In this document: in pieces, positions 1 to 15,100 of the stretch
Position numbering within the stretch: position 1 is the first letter of the stretch
How the letters are laid out: each line of letters opens with the position of its first letter
Source: Eledone cirrhosa
Taxonomy: Eukaryota
NCBI GenBank assembly: GCA_964016885.1
Contig: OZ024754.1
Span: forward strand, 16,616,001-16,680,000
DNA length: 64,000 bases
Direction of reading: 5' to 3'
Notes under the pieces: generated by a model
What the model was told of the DNA's origin: nothing
The model's database searches: none
Seen by the model: the letters and a program-made list of their open reading frames with translations, nothing else
Made by a program: the position numbers and the translations under genes

Positions 1-107
1 TATTTTATCTATATCATCACCACATTTCTAATGTAAGCTTGCTTAGGATGATAACATATTTTTAACTAATAATCAAGAGTGATTATTAAATTGGTGTTTT
101 GGGCATA

Positions 108-3100
108 GGATTGGTAGTATTGGTAGGGCATCAGACAAGATGGTGGGGGATTGGTAGTATTGGTAGGGCATCAGACAAGATGGTGGGGGATTGGTAGTAT
201 TGGTAGGGCATCAGACAAGATGGTGGGGGATTGGTAGTATTGGTAGGGCATCAGACAAGATGGGGGATTGGTAGTATTGGTAGGGCATCAGACAAGATGG
301 TGGGGGATTGGTAGTATTGGTAGGGCATCAGACATGGTGGGGGATTGGTAGTATTGGTAGGGCATCAGACAACATGGTGGGGGATTGGTAGTATTGGTAG
401 GGCATCAGACAAGATGGTGGGGGATTGGTAGTATTGGTAGGGCATCAGACAAGATGGTGGGGGATTGGTAGTATTGGTAGGGCATCAGACAAGATGGTGG
501 GGGATTGGTAGTATTGGTAGGGCATCAGACAAGATGGTGGGGGATTGGTAGTATTGGTAGGGCATCAGACAAGATGGTGGGGGATTGGTAGTATTGGTAG
601 GGCATCAGACAAGATGGTGGAGGATTGGTAGTATTGGTAGGGCATCAGACATGGTGGGGGATTGGTAGTATTGGTAGGGCATCAGACATGGTGGTGGGGG
701 ATTGGTAGTATTGGTAGGGCATCAGACATGGTGGGGGATTGGTAGTATTGGTAGGGCATCAGACAAGATGGTGGGGGATTGGTAGTATTGGTAGGGCATC
801 AGACAAGATGGTGGGGGATTGGTAGTATTGGTAGGGCATCAGACAAGATGGTGGGGGATTGGTAGTATTGGTAGGGCATCAGACAACATGGTGGGGGATT
901 GGTAGTATTGGTAGGGCATCAGACAAGATGGTGGGGGATTGGTAGTATTGGTAGGGCATCAGACAAGATGGTGGGGGATTGGTAGTATTGGTAGGGCATC
1001 AGACATGGTGGGGGATTGGTAGTATTGGTAGGGCATCAGACAAGATGGTGGGGGATTGGTAGTATTGGTAGGGCATCAGACAAGATGGTGGGGGATTGGT
1101 AGTATTGGTAGGGCATCAGACAAGATGGTGGGGGATTGGTAGTATTGGTAGGGCATCAGACAACATGGTGGGGGATTGGTAGTATTGGTAGGGCATCAGA
1201 CAAGATGGTGGAGGATTGGTAGTATTGGTAGGGCATCAGACATGGTGGTGGGGGATTGGTAGTATTGGTAGGGCATCAGACATGGTGGGGGATTGGTAGT
1301 ATTGGTAGGGCATCAGACATGGTGGGGGATTGGTAGTATTGGTAGGGCATCAGACATGGTGGGGGATTGGTAGTATTGGTAGGGCATCAGACATGGTGGG
1401 GGATTGGTAGTATTGGTAGGGCATCAGACATGGTGGGGGATTGGTAGTATTGGTAGGGCATCAGACATGGTGGGGATTGGTAGTATTGGTAGGGCATCAG
1501 ACAAGATGGTGGGGGATTGGTAGAGCATCAGACAACATGGTGGGGGATTGGTAGTATTGGTAGGGCATCAGACATGGTGGGGGATTGGTAGTATTGGTAG
1601 GGCATCAGACAAGATGGTGGGGGATTGGTAGTATTGGTAGGGCACCAGACAACATGGTGGGGGATTGGTAGAGCATCAGACAACATGGTGGGGGATTGGT
1701 AGTATTGGTAGGGCATCAGACATGGTGGGGGATTGGTAGTATTGGTAGGGCATCAGACAAGATGGTGGGGGATTGGTAGTATTGGTAGGGCACCAGACAA
1801 CATGGTGGGGGATTGGTAGAGCATCAGACAACATGGTGGGGGATTGGTAGTATTGGTAGGGCATCAGACATGGTGGGGGATTGGTAGTATTGGTAGGGCA
1901 TCAGACAACATGGTGGGGGATTGGTAGTATTGGTAGGGCACCAGACAACATGGTGGGGGATTGGTAGAGCATCAGACAACATGGTGGGGGATTGGTAGTA
2001 TTGGTAGGGCATCAGACATGGTGGGGGATTGGTAGTATTGGTAGGGCATCAGACAAGATGGTGGGGGATTGGTAGTATTGGTAGGACATCAGACAAGATG
2101 GTGGGGGATTGGTAGTATTGGTAGGGCATCAGACAAGATGGTGGGGGATTGGTAGTATTGGTAGGACATCAGACAAGATGGTGGAGGATTGGTAGTATTG
2201 GTAGGGCATCAGACATGGTGGGGGATTGGTAGTATTGGTAGGGCATCAGACAAGATGGTGGGGGATTGGTAGTATTGGTAGGGCATCAGACAAGATGGTG
2301 GAGGATTGGTAGTATTGGTAGGGCATCAGACAAGATGGTGGGGGATTGGTAGTATTGGTAGGGCATCAGACATGGTGGGGGGGGATTGGTAGTATTGGTA
2401 GGGCATCAGACATGGTGGAGGATTGGTAGTATTGGTAGGGCATCAGACAAGATGGTGGGGGATTGGTAGTATTGGTAGGGCATCAGACAAGATGGTGGAG
2501 GATTGGTAGTATTGGTAGGGCATCAGACAAGATGGTGGGGGATTGGTAGTATTGGTAGGGCATCAGACAAGATGGTGGAGGATTGGTAGTATTGGTAGGG
2601 CATCAGACAAGATGGTGGAGGATTGGTAGTATTGGTAGGGCATCAGACAAGATGGTGGGGGATTGGTAGTATTGGTAGGGCATCAGACATGGTGGAGGAT
2701 TGGTAGTATTGGTAGGGCATCAGACAAGATGGTGGGGGATTGGTAGTATTGGTAGGGCATCAGACAAGATGGTGGAGGATTGGTAGTATTGGTAGGGCAT
2801 CAGACAAGATGGTGGGGGATTGGTAGTATTGGTAGGACATCAGACAAGATGGTGGGGGATTGGTAGTATTGGTAGGGCATCAGACAACATGGTGGGGGAT
2901 TGGTAGTATTGGTAGGGCATCAGACAACATGGTGGGGGATTGGTAGTATTGGTAGGGCATCAGACAACATGGTGGGGGATTGGTAGTATTGGTAGGGCAT
3001 CAGACCACATGGTGGGGGATTGGTAGTATTGGTAGGGCATCAGACAACATGGTGGGGGATTGGTAGTATTGGTAGGGCATCAGACCACATGGTGGGGGAT

Positions 3101-6100
3101 TGGTAGTATTGGTAGGGCATCAGACAAGATGGTGGGGGATTGGTAGTATTGGTAAGGCATCAGACAACATGGTGGGATATTGGTAGTATTGGTAGGGCAT
3201 CAGACAACATGGTGGGGGATTGGTAGTATTGGTAGGGCATCAGACAACATGGTGGGGGGTTGGTAGTATTGGTAGGGCATCAGACAAGATGGTGGGGGAT
3301 TGGTAGAGCATCAGACAACATGGTGGGGGATTGGTAGTATTGGTAGGGCATCAGACATGGTGGGGGATTGGTAGTATTGGTAGGGCATCAGACAAGATGG
3401 TGGGGGATTGGTAGTATTGGTAGGGCACCAGACAACATGGTGGGGGATTGGTAGAGCATCAGACAACATGGTGGGGGATTGGTAGTATTGGTAGGGCATC
3501 AGACATGGTGGGGGATTGGTAGTATTGGTAGGGCATCAGACAAGATGGTGGAGGATTGGTAGTATTGGTAGGGCATCAGACAACATGGTGGGGGGTTGGT
3601 AGTATTGGTAGGGCATCAGACAAGATGGTGGAGGATTGGTAGTATTGGTAGGGCATCAGATAAGATGGTGGAGGATTGGTAGTATTGGTAGGGCATCAGA
3701 CAAGATGGTGGGGGATTGGTAGTATTGGTAGGGCATCAGACAAGATGGTGGAGGATTGGTAGTATTGGTAGGGCATCAGACAAGATGGTGGGGGATTGGT
3801 AGTATTGGTAGGGCATCAGACAACATGGTGGGGGGTTGGTAGTATTGGTAGGGCATCAGACAAGATGGTGGAGGATTGGTAGTATTGGTAGGGCATCAGA
3901 CAAGATGGTGGGGGATTGGTAGTATTGGTAAGGCATCAGACAACATGGTGGGATATTGGTAGTATTGGTAGGGCATCAGACCACATGGTGGGGGATTGGT
4001 AGTATTGGTAGGGCATCAGACAACATGGTGGGGGGTTGGTAGTATTGGTAGGGCATCAGACAACATGGTGGGGGATTGGTAGTATTGGTAGGACATCAGA
4101 CAAGATGGTGGAGGATTGGTAGTATTGGTAGGGCATCAGACAACATGGTGGGGGATTGGTAGTATTGGTAGGGCATCAGACAACATGGTGGGATATTGGT
4201 AGTATTGGTAGGGCATCAGACCACATGGTGGGGGATTGGTAGTATTGGTAGGGCATCAGACAACATGGTGGGGGGTTGGTAGTATTGGTAGGGCATCAGA
4301 CAAGATGGTGGAGGATTGGTAGTATTGGTAGGGCATCAGACAAGATGGTGGGGGATTGGTAGTATTGGTAGGGCATCAGACAACATGGTGGGATATTGGT
4401 AGTATTGGTAGGGCACCAGACAACATGGTGGGGGATTGGTAGTATTGGTAGGGCATCAGACAACATGGTGGGATATTGGTAGTATTGGTAGGGCATCAGA
4501 CAAGATGGTGGGGGATTGGTAGTATTGGTAGGGCATCAGACAAGATGGTGGGGGAGTGGTAGTATTGGTAGGGCATCAGACAATATGGTGGGGGATTGGT
4601 AGTATTGGTAGGGCATCAGACAACATGGTGGGGGATTGGTAGTATTGGTAGGGCATCAGACAAGATGGTGGGGGATTGGTAGTATTGGTAGGGCATCAGA
4701 CAACATGGTGGGATATTGGTAGTATTGGTAGGGCATCAGACAACATGGTGGGGGATTGGTAGTATTGGTAGGGCATCAGACAACATGGTGGGGGATTGGT
4801 AGTATTGGTAGAGCATCAGACAAGATGGTGGGGGATTGGTAGTATTGGTAGGGCATCAGACAAGATGGTGGGGGATTGGTAGTATTGGTAGGGCATCAGA
4901 CAACATGGTGGGGGATTGGTAGTATTGGTAGGGCATCAGACAACATGGTGGGGGATTGGTAGTATTGGTAGAGCATCAGACAAGATGGTGGGGGATTGGT
5001 AGTATTGGTAGGGCATCAGACAAGATGGTGGGGGATTGGTAGTATTGGTAGGGCACCAGACAACATGGTGGGGCATTGGTAGTATTGGTAGGGCATCAGA
5101 CAAGATGGTGGGGGATTGGTAGTATTGGTAGGGCATCAGACAACATGGTGGGATATTGGTAGTATTGGTAGGGCATCAGACAACATGGTGGGGGATTGGT
5201 AGTATTGGTAGGGCATCAGACAACATGGTGGGGGATTGGTAGTATTGGTAGGGCATCAGACAAGATGGTGGGGGAGTGGTAGTATTGGTAGGGCATCAGA
5301 CAATATGGTGGGGGATTGGTAGTATTGGTAGGGCATCAGACAACATGGTGGGGGATTGGTAGTATTGGTAGGGCATCAGACAAGATGGTGGGGGATTGGT
5401 AGTATTGGTAGGGCATCAGACAACATGGTGGGATATTGGTAGTATTGGTAGGGCATCAGACAAGATGGTGGGGGATTGGTAGTATTGGTAGGGCATCAGA
5501 CAAGATGGTGGGGGATTGGTAGTATTGGTAGGGCATCAGACAAGATGGTGGGGGATTGGTAGTATTGGTAGAGCATCAGACAAGATGGTGGGGGATTGGT
5601 AGTATTGGTAGGGCATCAGACAAGATGGTGGGGGATTGGTAGTATTGGTAGGGCACCAGACAACATGGTGGGGGATTGGTAGTATTGGTAGGGCATCAGA
5701 CAAGATGGTGGGGGATTGGTAGTATTGTTAGGGCATCAGACAAGATGGTGGGGGATTGGTAGTATTGGTAGGGCATCAGACAACATGGTGGGGGATTGGT
5801 AGTATTGGTAGGGCATCAGACAAGATGGTGGGGGATTGGTAGTATTGGTAGGGCATCAGACAAGATGGTGGGGGATTGGTAGTATTGGTAGGGCATCAGA
5901 CAACATGGTGGGGGATTGGTAGTATTGGTAGGGCATCAGACAAGATGGTGGGGGATTGGTAGTATTGGTAGGGCATCAGACAAGATGGTGGGGGATTGGT
6001 AGTATTGGTAGGGCATCAGACAAGATGGTGGGGGATTGGTAGTATTGGTAGGGCACCAGACAACATGGTGGGGGATTGGTAGTATTGGTAGGGCATCAGA

Positions 6101-9100
6101 CAAGATGGTGGGGGATTGGTAGTATTGGTAGGGCATCAGACAAGATGGTGGGGGATTGGTAGTATTGGTAGGGCATCAGACAACATGGTGGGGGATTGGT
6201 AGTATTGGTAGGGCATCAGACAAGATGGTGGGGGATTGGTAGTATTGGTAGGGCATCAGACAAGATGGTGGGGGATTGGTAGTATTGGTAGGGCATCAGA
6301 CAAGATGGTGGAGGATTGGTAGTATTGGTAGGGCATCAGACATGGTGGGGGATTGGTAGTATTGGTAGGGCATCAGACAAGATGGTGGGGGATTGGTAGT
6401 ATTGGTAGGGCATCAGACAAGATGGTGGGGGATTGGTAGTATTGGTAGGGCATCAGACAAGATGGTGGGGGATTGGTAGTATTGGTAGGGCATCAGACAT
6501 GGTGGGGGATTGGTAGTATTGGTAGGGCATCAGACAAGATGGTGGGGGATTGGTAGTATTGGTAGGGCATCAGACAAGATGGTGGGGGATTGGTAGTATT
6601 GGTAGGGCATCAGACAAGATGGTGGGGGATTGGTAGTATTGGTAGGGCATCAGACAACATGGTGGGGGATTGGTAGTATTGGTAGGGCATCAGACAAGAT
6701 GGTGGAGGATTGGTAGTATTGGTAGGGCATCAGACATGGTGGTGGGGGATTGGTAGTATTGGTAGGGCATCAGACATGGTGGGGGATTGGTAGTATTGGT
6801 AGGGCATCAGACATGGTGGGGGATTGGTAGTATTGGTAGGGCATCAGACATGGTGGAGGATTGGTAGTATTGGTAGGGCATCAGACATGGTGGGGGATTG
6901 GTAGTATTGGTAGGGCATCAGACATGGTGGGGGATTGGTAGTATTGGTAGGGCATCAGACATGGTGGGGGATTGGTAGTATTGGTAGGGCATCAGACAAG
7001 ATGGTGGGGGATTGGTAGAGCATCAGACAACATGGTGGGGGATTGGTAGTATTGGTAGGGCATCAGACATGGTGGGGGATTGGTAGTATTGGTAGGGCAT
7101 CAGACATGGTGGGGGATTGGTAGTATTGGTAGGGCACCAGACAACATGGTGGGGGATTGGTAGAGCATCAGACAACATGGTGGGGGATTGGTAGTATTGG
7201 TAGGGCATCAGACATGGTGGGGGATTGGTAGTATTGGTAGGGCATCAGACAAGATGTTGGGGGATTGGTAGTATTGGTAGGGCACCAGACAACATGGTGG
7301 GGGATTGGTAGAGCATCAGACAACATGGTGGGGGATTGGTAGTATTGGTAGGGCATCAGACATGGTGGGGGATTGGTAGTATTGGTAGGGCATCAGACAG
7401 CATGGTGGGGGATTGGTAGTATTGGTAGGGCATCAGACAACATGGTGGGGGATTGGTAGTATTGGTAGGGCATCAGACATGGTGGGGGATTGGTAGTATT
7501 GGTAGGGCATCAGACAAGATGGTGGGGGATTGGTAGTATTGGTAGGACATCAGACAAGATGGTGGAGGATTGGTAGTATTGGTAGGGCATCAGACATGGT
7601 GGGGGATTGGTAGTATTGGTAGGGCATCAGACAAGATGGTGGGGGATTGGTAGTATTGGTAGGGCATCAGACAAGATGGTGGAGGATTGGTAGTATTGGT
7701 AGGGCATCAGACAAGATGGTGGGGGATTGGTAGTATTGGTAGGGCATCAGACAAGATGGTGGAGGATTGGTAGTATTGGTAGGGCATCAGACAAGATGGT
7801 GGGGGATTGGTAGTATTGGTAGGACATCAGACAAGATGGTGGGGGATTGGTAGTATTGGTAGGGCATCAGACAACATGGTGGGGGATTGGTAGTATTGGT
7901 AGGGCATCAGACCACATGGTGGGGGATTGGTAGTATTGGTAGGGCATCAGACAACATGGTGGGGGATTGGTAGTATTGGTAGGGCATCAGACAACATGGT
8001 GGGGGATTGGTAGTATTGGTAGGGCATCAGACAACATGGTGGGGGATTGGTAGTATTGGTAGGGCATCAGACAAGATGGTGGGGGATTGGTAGTATTGGT
8101 AGGGCATCAGACAACATGGTGGGATATTGGTAGTATTGGTAGGGCATCAGACAACATGGTGGGGGATTGGTAGTATTGGTAGGGCATCAGACAACATGGT
8201 GGGATATTGGTAGTATTGGTAGGGCATCAGACAACATGGTGGGGGATTGGTAGTATTGGTAGGGCATCAGACAACATGGTGGGGGGTTGGTAGTATTGGT
8301 AGGGCATCAGACAAGATGGTGGGGGATTGGTAGAGCATCAGACAACATGGTGGGGGATTGGTAGTATTGGTAGGGCATCAGACATGGTGGGGGATTGGTA
8401 GTATTGGTAGGGCATCAGACAAGATGGTGGGGGATTGGTAGTATTGGTAGGGCACCAGACAACATGGTGGGGGATTGGTAGAGCATCAGACAACATGGTG
8501 GGGGATTGGTAGTATTGGTAGGGCATCAGACATGGTGGGGGATTGGTAGTATTGGTAGGGCATCAGACAAGATGGTGGAGGATTGGTAGTATTGGTAGGG
8601 CATCAGACAACATGGTGGGGGGTTGGTAGTATTGGTAGGGCATCAGACAAGATGGTGGAGGATTGGTAGTATTGGTAGGGCATCAGACAAGATGGTGGAG
8701 GATTGGTAGTATTGGTAGGGCATCAGACAAGATGGTGGGGGATTGGTAGTATTGGTAGGGCATCAGACAAGATGGTGGAGGATTGGTAGTATTGGTAGGG
8801 CATCAGACAAGATGGTGGGGGATTGGTAGTATTGGTAGGGCATCAGACAACATGGTGGGGGGTTGGTAGTATTGGTAGGGCATCAGACAAGATGGTGGAG
8901 GATTGGTAGTATTGGTAGGGCATCAGACAAGATGGTGGGGGATTGGTAGTATTGGTAAGGCATCAGACAACATGGTGGGATATTGGTAGTATTGGTAGGG
9001 CATCAGACAACATGGTGGGGGATTGGTAGTATTGGTAGGACATCAGACAAGATGGTGGAGGATTGGTAGTATTGGTAGGGCATCAGACAACATGGTGGGG

Positions 9101-12100
9101 GATTGGTAGTATTGGTAGGGCATCAGACAACATGGTGGGATATTGGTAGTATTGGTAGGGCATCAGACCACATGGTGGGGGATTGGTAGTATTGGTAGGG
9201 CATCAGACAACATGGTGGGGGGTTGGTAGTATTGGTAGGGCATCAGACAAGATGGTGGAGGATTGGTAGTATTGGTAGGGCATCAGACAAGATGGTGGGG
9301 GATTGGTAGTATTGGTAGGGCATCAGACAACATGGTGGGATATTGGTAGTATTGGTAGGGCATCAGACAACATGGTGGGGGATTGGTAGTATTGGTAGGG
9401 CATCAGACAACATGGTGGGATATTGGTAGTATTGGTAGGGCATCAGACAAGATGGTGGGGGATTGGTAGTATTGGTAGGGCATCAGACAAGATGGTGGGG
9501 GAGTGGTAGTATTGGTAGGGCATCAGACAATATGGTGGGGGATTGGTAGTATTGGTAGGGCATCAGACAACATGGTGGGGGATTGGTAGTATTGGTAGGG
9601 CATCAGACAAGATGGTGGGGGATTGGTAGTATTGGTAGGGCATCAGACAACATGGTGGGATATTGGTAGTATTGGTAGGGCATCAGACAACATGGTGGGG
9701 GATTGGTAGTATTGGTAGGGCATCAGACAACATGGTGGGGGATTGGTAGTATTGGTAGAGCATCAGACAAGATGGTGGGGGATTGGTAGTATTGGTAGGG
9801 CATCAGACAAGATGGTGGGGGATTGGTAGTATTGGTAGGGCATCAGACAACATGGTGGGGGATTGGTAGTATTGGTAGGGCATCAGACAACATGGTGGGG
9901 GATTGGTAGTATTGGTAGAGCATCAGACAAGATGGTGGGGGATTGGTAGTATTGGTAGGGCATCAGACAAGATGGTGGGGGATTGGTAGTATTGGTAGGG
10001 CACCAGACAACATGGTGGGGCATTGGTAGTATTGGTAGGGCATCAGACAAGATGGTGGGGGATTGGTAGTATTGGTAGGGCATCAGACAACATGGTGGGA
10101 TATTGGTAGTATTGGTAGGGCATCAGACAACATGGTGGGGGATTGGTAGTATTGGTAGGGCATCAGACAACATGGTGGGGGATTGGTAGTATTGGTAGGG
10201 CATCAGACAAGATGGTGGGGGAGTGGTAGTATTGGTAGGGCATCAGACAATATGGTGGGGGATTGGTAGTATTGGTAGGGCATCAGACAACATGGTGGGG
10301 GATTGGTAGTATTGGTAGGGCATCAGACAAGATGGTGGGGGATTGGTAGTATTGGTAGGGCATCAGACAACATGGTGGGATATTGGTAGTATTGGTAGGG
10401 CATCAGACAAGATGGTGGGGGATTGGTAGTATTGGTAGGGCATCAGACAAGATGGTGGGGGATTGGTAGTATTGGTAGGGCATCAGACAACATGGTGGGG
10501 GATTGGTAGTATTGGTAGAGCATCAGACAAGATGGTGGGGGATTGGTAGTATTGGTAGGGCATCAGACAAGATGGTGGGGGATTGGTAGTATTGGTAGGG
10601 CACCAGACAACATGGTGGGGGATTGGTAGTATTGGTAGGGCATCAGACAACATGGTGGGGGATTGGTAGTATTGGTAGGGCATCAGACAAGATGGTGGGG
10701 GATTGGTAGTATTGGTAGGGCATCAGACAAGATGGTGGGGGATTGGTAGTATTGGTAGGGCATCAGACAAGATGGTGGGGGATTGGTAGTATTGGTAGGG
10801 CACCAGACAACATGGTGGGGGATTGGTAGTATTGGTAGGGCATCAGACAAGATGGTGGGGGATTGGTAGTATTGGTAGGGCATCAGACAAGATGGTGGGG
10901 GATTGGTAGTATTGGTAGGGCATCAGACAACATGGTGGGGGATTGGTAGTATTGGTAGGGCATCAGACAAGATGGTGGGGGATTGGTAGTATTGGTAGGG
11001 CATCAGACAAGATGGTGGGGGATTGGTAGTATTGGTAGGGCATCAGACAAGATGGTGGGGGATTGGTAGTATTGGTAGGGCACCAGACAACATGGTGGCG
11101 GATTGGTAGAGCATCAGACAACATGGTGGGGGATTGGTAGTATTGGTAGGGCATCAGACATGGTGGGGGATTGGTAGTATTGGTAGGGCATCAGACAACA
11201 TGGTGGGGGATTGGTAGTATTGGTAGGGCATCAGACAAGATGGTGGGGGATTGTTAGTATTGGTAGGACATCAGACATGGTGGGGGATTGGTAGTATTGG
11301 TAGGGCATCAGACAACATGGTGGGGGATTGGTAGTATTGGTAGGGCATCAGACAAGATGGTGGTGGATTGGTAGTATTGGTAGGGCATCAGACAAGATGG
11401 TGGGGGATTGGTAGTATTGGTAGGGCATCAGACAAGATGGTGGGGGATTGGTAGTATTGGTAGGGCATCAGACAAGATGGTGGGGGATTGGTAGTATTGG
11501 TAGGGCATCAGACAAGATGGTGGGGGATTGGTAGTATTGGTAGGGCATCAGATATGGTGGGGGATTGGTAGTATTGGTAGGGCATCAGACAACATGGTGG
11601 GGGATTGGTAGTATTGGTAGGGCATCAGACAATATGGTGGGGGATTGGTAGTATTGGTAGGGCATCAGACAACATGGTGGGGGATTGGTAGTATTGGTAG
11701 GGCATCAGACAACATGGTGGGGGATTGGTAGTATTGGTAGGGCATCAGACAAGATGGTGGGGGATTGGTAGTATTGGTAGGGCATCAGACAAGATGGTGG
11801 GGGATTGGTAGTATTGGTAGGGCATCAGACAAGATGGTGGGGGATTGGTAGTATTGGTAGGGCATCAGACAATATGGGAGGGGATTGGTAGTATTGGTAG
11901 GGCATCAGACAACATGGTGGGGGATTGGTAGTATTGGTAGGGCATCAGACAACATGGTGGGGGATTGGTAGTATTGGTAGGGCATCAGACAATATGGGAG
12001 GGGATTGGTAGTATTGGTAGGGCATCAGACAACATGGTGGGATATTGGTAGTATTGGTAGGGCATCAGACAAGATGGTGGGGGATTGGTTGTATTGGTAG

Positions 12101-15100
12101 GGCATCAGACAAGATGGTGGGGGATTGGTAGTATTGGTAGGGCATCAGACAAGATGGTGGGGGATTGGTAGTATTGGTAGGGCATCAGACAATATGGTGG
12201 GGGATTGGTAGTATTGGTAGGGCATCAGACAAGATGGTGGGGGATTGGTAGTATTGGTAGGGCATCAGACAACATGGTGGGATATTGGTAGTATTGGTAG
12301 GGCATCAGACAAGATGGTGGGGGATTGGTTGTATTGGTAGAGCATCAGACAAGATGGTGGGGGATTGGTTGTATTGGTAGGGCATCAGACAAGATGGTGG
12401 GATATTGGTAGTATTGGTAGAGCATCAGACAAGATGGTGGGGGATTGGTTGTATTGGTAGAGCATCAGACAAGATGGTGGGGGAGTGGTAGTATTGGTAG
12501 GGCATCAGACAAGATGGTGGGATATTGGTAGTATTGGTAGAGCATCAGACAAGATGGTGGGGGATTGGTAGTATTGGTAGGGCATCAGACAAGATGGTGG
12601 GGGATTGGTTGTATTGGTAGAGCATCAGACAAGATGGTGGGGGAGTGGTAGTATTGGTAGGGCATCAGACAAGATGGTGGGATATTGGTAGTATTGGTAG
12701 AGCATCAGACAAGATGGTGGGGGATTGGTAGTATTGGTAGGGCATCAGACAACATGGTGGGATATTGGTAGTATTGGTAGGGCATCAGACAAGATGGTGG
12801 GGGATTGGTAGTATTGGTAGAGCATTAGACAAGATGGTGGGGGATTGGTAGTATTGGTAGAGCATCAGACAAGATGGTGGGGGATTGGTTGTATTGGTAG
12901 AGCATCAGACAAGATGGTGGGGGATTGGTTGTATTGGTAGGGCATCAGAAAACATGGTGGGGGATTGGTAGTATTGGTAGGGCATCAGACAAGATGGTGG
13001 GGGATTGGTAGTATTGGTAGGGCATCAGATATGGTGGGGGATTGGTAGTATTGGTAGGGCATCAGACAAGATGGTGGGGGATTGGTAGTATTGGTAGGGC
13101 ATCAGACAAGATGGTGGGGGATTGGTAGTATTGGTAGGGCATCAGACAACAGGATGGGGGATTGGTAGTATTGGTAGGGCATCAGACAAGATGGTGGGGG
13201 ATTGGTAGTATTGGTAGGGCATCAGACAAGATGGTGGGGGATTGTTAGTATTGGTAGAGCATTAGACAAGATGGTGCGGGATTGGTAGTATTGGTAGAGC
13301 ATTAGACAAGATGGTGGGGGATTGGTAGTATTGGTAGGGCATCAGACAAGATGGTGGGGGATTGGTAGTATTGGTAGGGCATCAGACAAGATGGTGGGGG
13401 ATTGGTAGTATTGGTAGAGCATTAGACAAGATGGTGCGGGATTGGTAGTATTGGTAGAGCATTAGACAAGATGGTGGGGGATTGGTAGTATTGGTAGGGC
13501 ATCAGACAAGATGGTGGGGGATTGGTAGTATTGGTAGGGCATCAGACAAGATGGTGGGGGATTGGTAGTATTGGTAGGGCATCAGACAAGATGGTGGGGG
13601 ATTGGTAGTATTGGTAGGGCATCAGACAAGATGGTGGGGGATTGGTAGTATTGGCAGGGCATCAGACAAGATGGTGGGGGATTGGTAGTATTGGCAGGGC
13701 ATCAGACAAGATGGTGGGGGATTGGTAGTATTGGTAGGGCATCAGACAAGATGGTGGGGGATTGGTAGTATTGGTAGGGCACCAGACAACATGGTGGGGG
13801 ATTGGTAGAGCATCAGACAACATGGTGGGGGATTGGTAGTATTGGTAGGGCATCAGATATGGTGGGGGATTGGTAGTATTGGTAGGGCATCAGACAACAT
13901 GGTGGGGGATTGGTAGTATTGGTAGGGCATCAGACAAGATGGTGGGGGATTGGTAGTATTGGTAGTGCATCAGACAACATGGTGGGGGATTGGTAGTATT
14001 GGTAGGGCATCAGACAACATGGTGGGGGATTGGTAGTATTGGTAGGGCATCAGACAAGATGGTGGGGGATTGGTAGTATTGGTAGGGCATCAGAAAAGAT
14101 GGTGGGGGATTGGTAGTATTGGTAGGGCATCAGACAAGATGGTGGGGATTGGTAGTATTGGTAGGGCATCAGACAAGATGGTGGGGGATTGGTAGTATTG
14201 GTAGGGCATCAGACAAGATGGTGGGGGATTGGTAGTATTGGTAGGGCATCAGACAAGATGGTGGGGGATTGGTAGTATTGGTAGGGCATCAGACAACATG
14301 GTGGGGGATTGGTAGTATTGGTAGGGCATCAGACAAGATGGTGGGGGATTGGTAGTATTGGTAGGGCATCAGACAGCATGGTGGGGGATTGGTAGTATTG
14401 GTAGGGCATCAGACAACATGGTGGGGGATTGGTAGTATTGGTAGGGCATCAGACAACATGGTGGGGGATTGGTAGTATTGGTAGGGCATCAGACAAGATG
14501 GTGGGGAATTGGCAGTATTGGTAGGGCATCAGACAAGATGGTGGGGGATTGGTAGTATTGGTAGAGCATTAGACAAGATGGTGGGGGATTGGTAGTATTG
14601 GTAGAGCATTAGACAAGATGGTGGGGGATTGGTAGTATTGGTAGAGCATTAGACAAGATGGTGGGGGATTGGTAGTATTGGTAGGGCATCAGACAAGATG
14701 GTGGGGTATTGGTAGTATTGGTAGGGCATCAGACAAGATGGTGGGGAATTGGTAGTATTGGTAGGGCATCAGACAACATGGTGGGGGATTGATAGTATTG
14801 GTAGAGCATCAGACAAGATGGTGGGGGATTGGTTGTATTGGTAGGGCATCAGAAAACATGGTGGGGGATTGGTAGTATTGGTAGGGCATCAGACAAGATG
14901 GTGGGGGATTGGTAGTATTGGTAGGGCATCAGACAAGATGGTGGGGGATTGGTAGTATTGGTAGGGCATCAGACAAGATGGTGGGGGATTGGTAGTATTG
15001 GTAGGGCATCAGACAAGATGGTGGGGGATTGGTAGTATTGGTAGGGCATCAGACAAGATGGTGAGGGATTGGTAGTATTGGTAGGGCATCAGACAAGATG

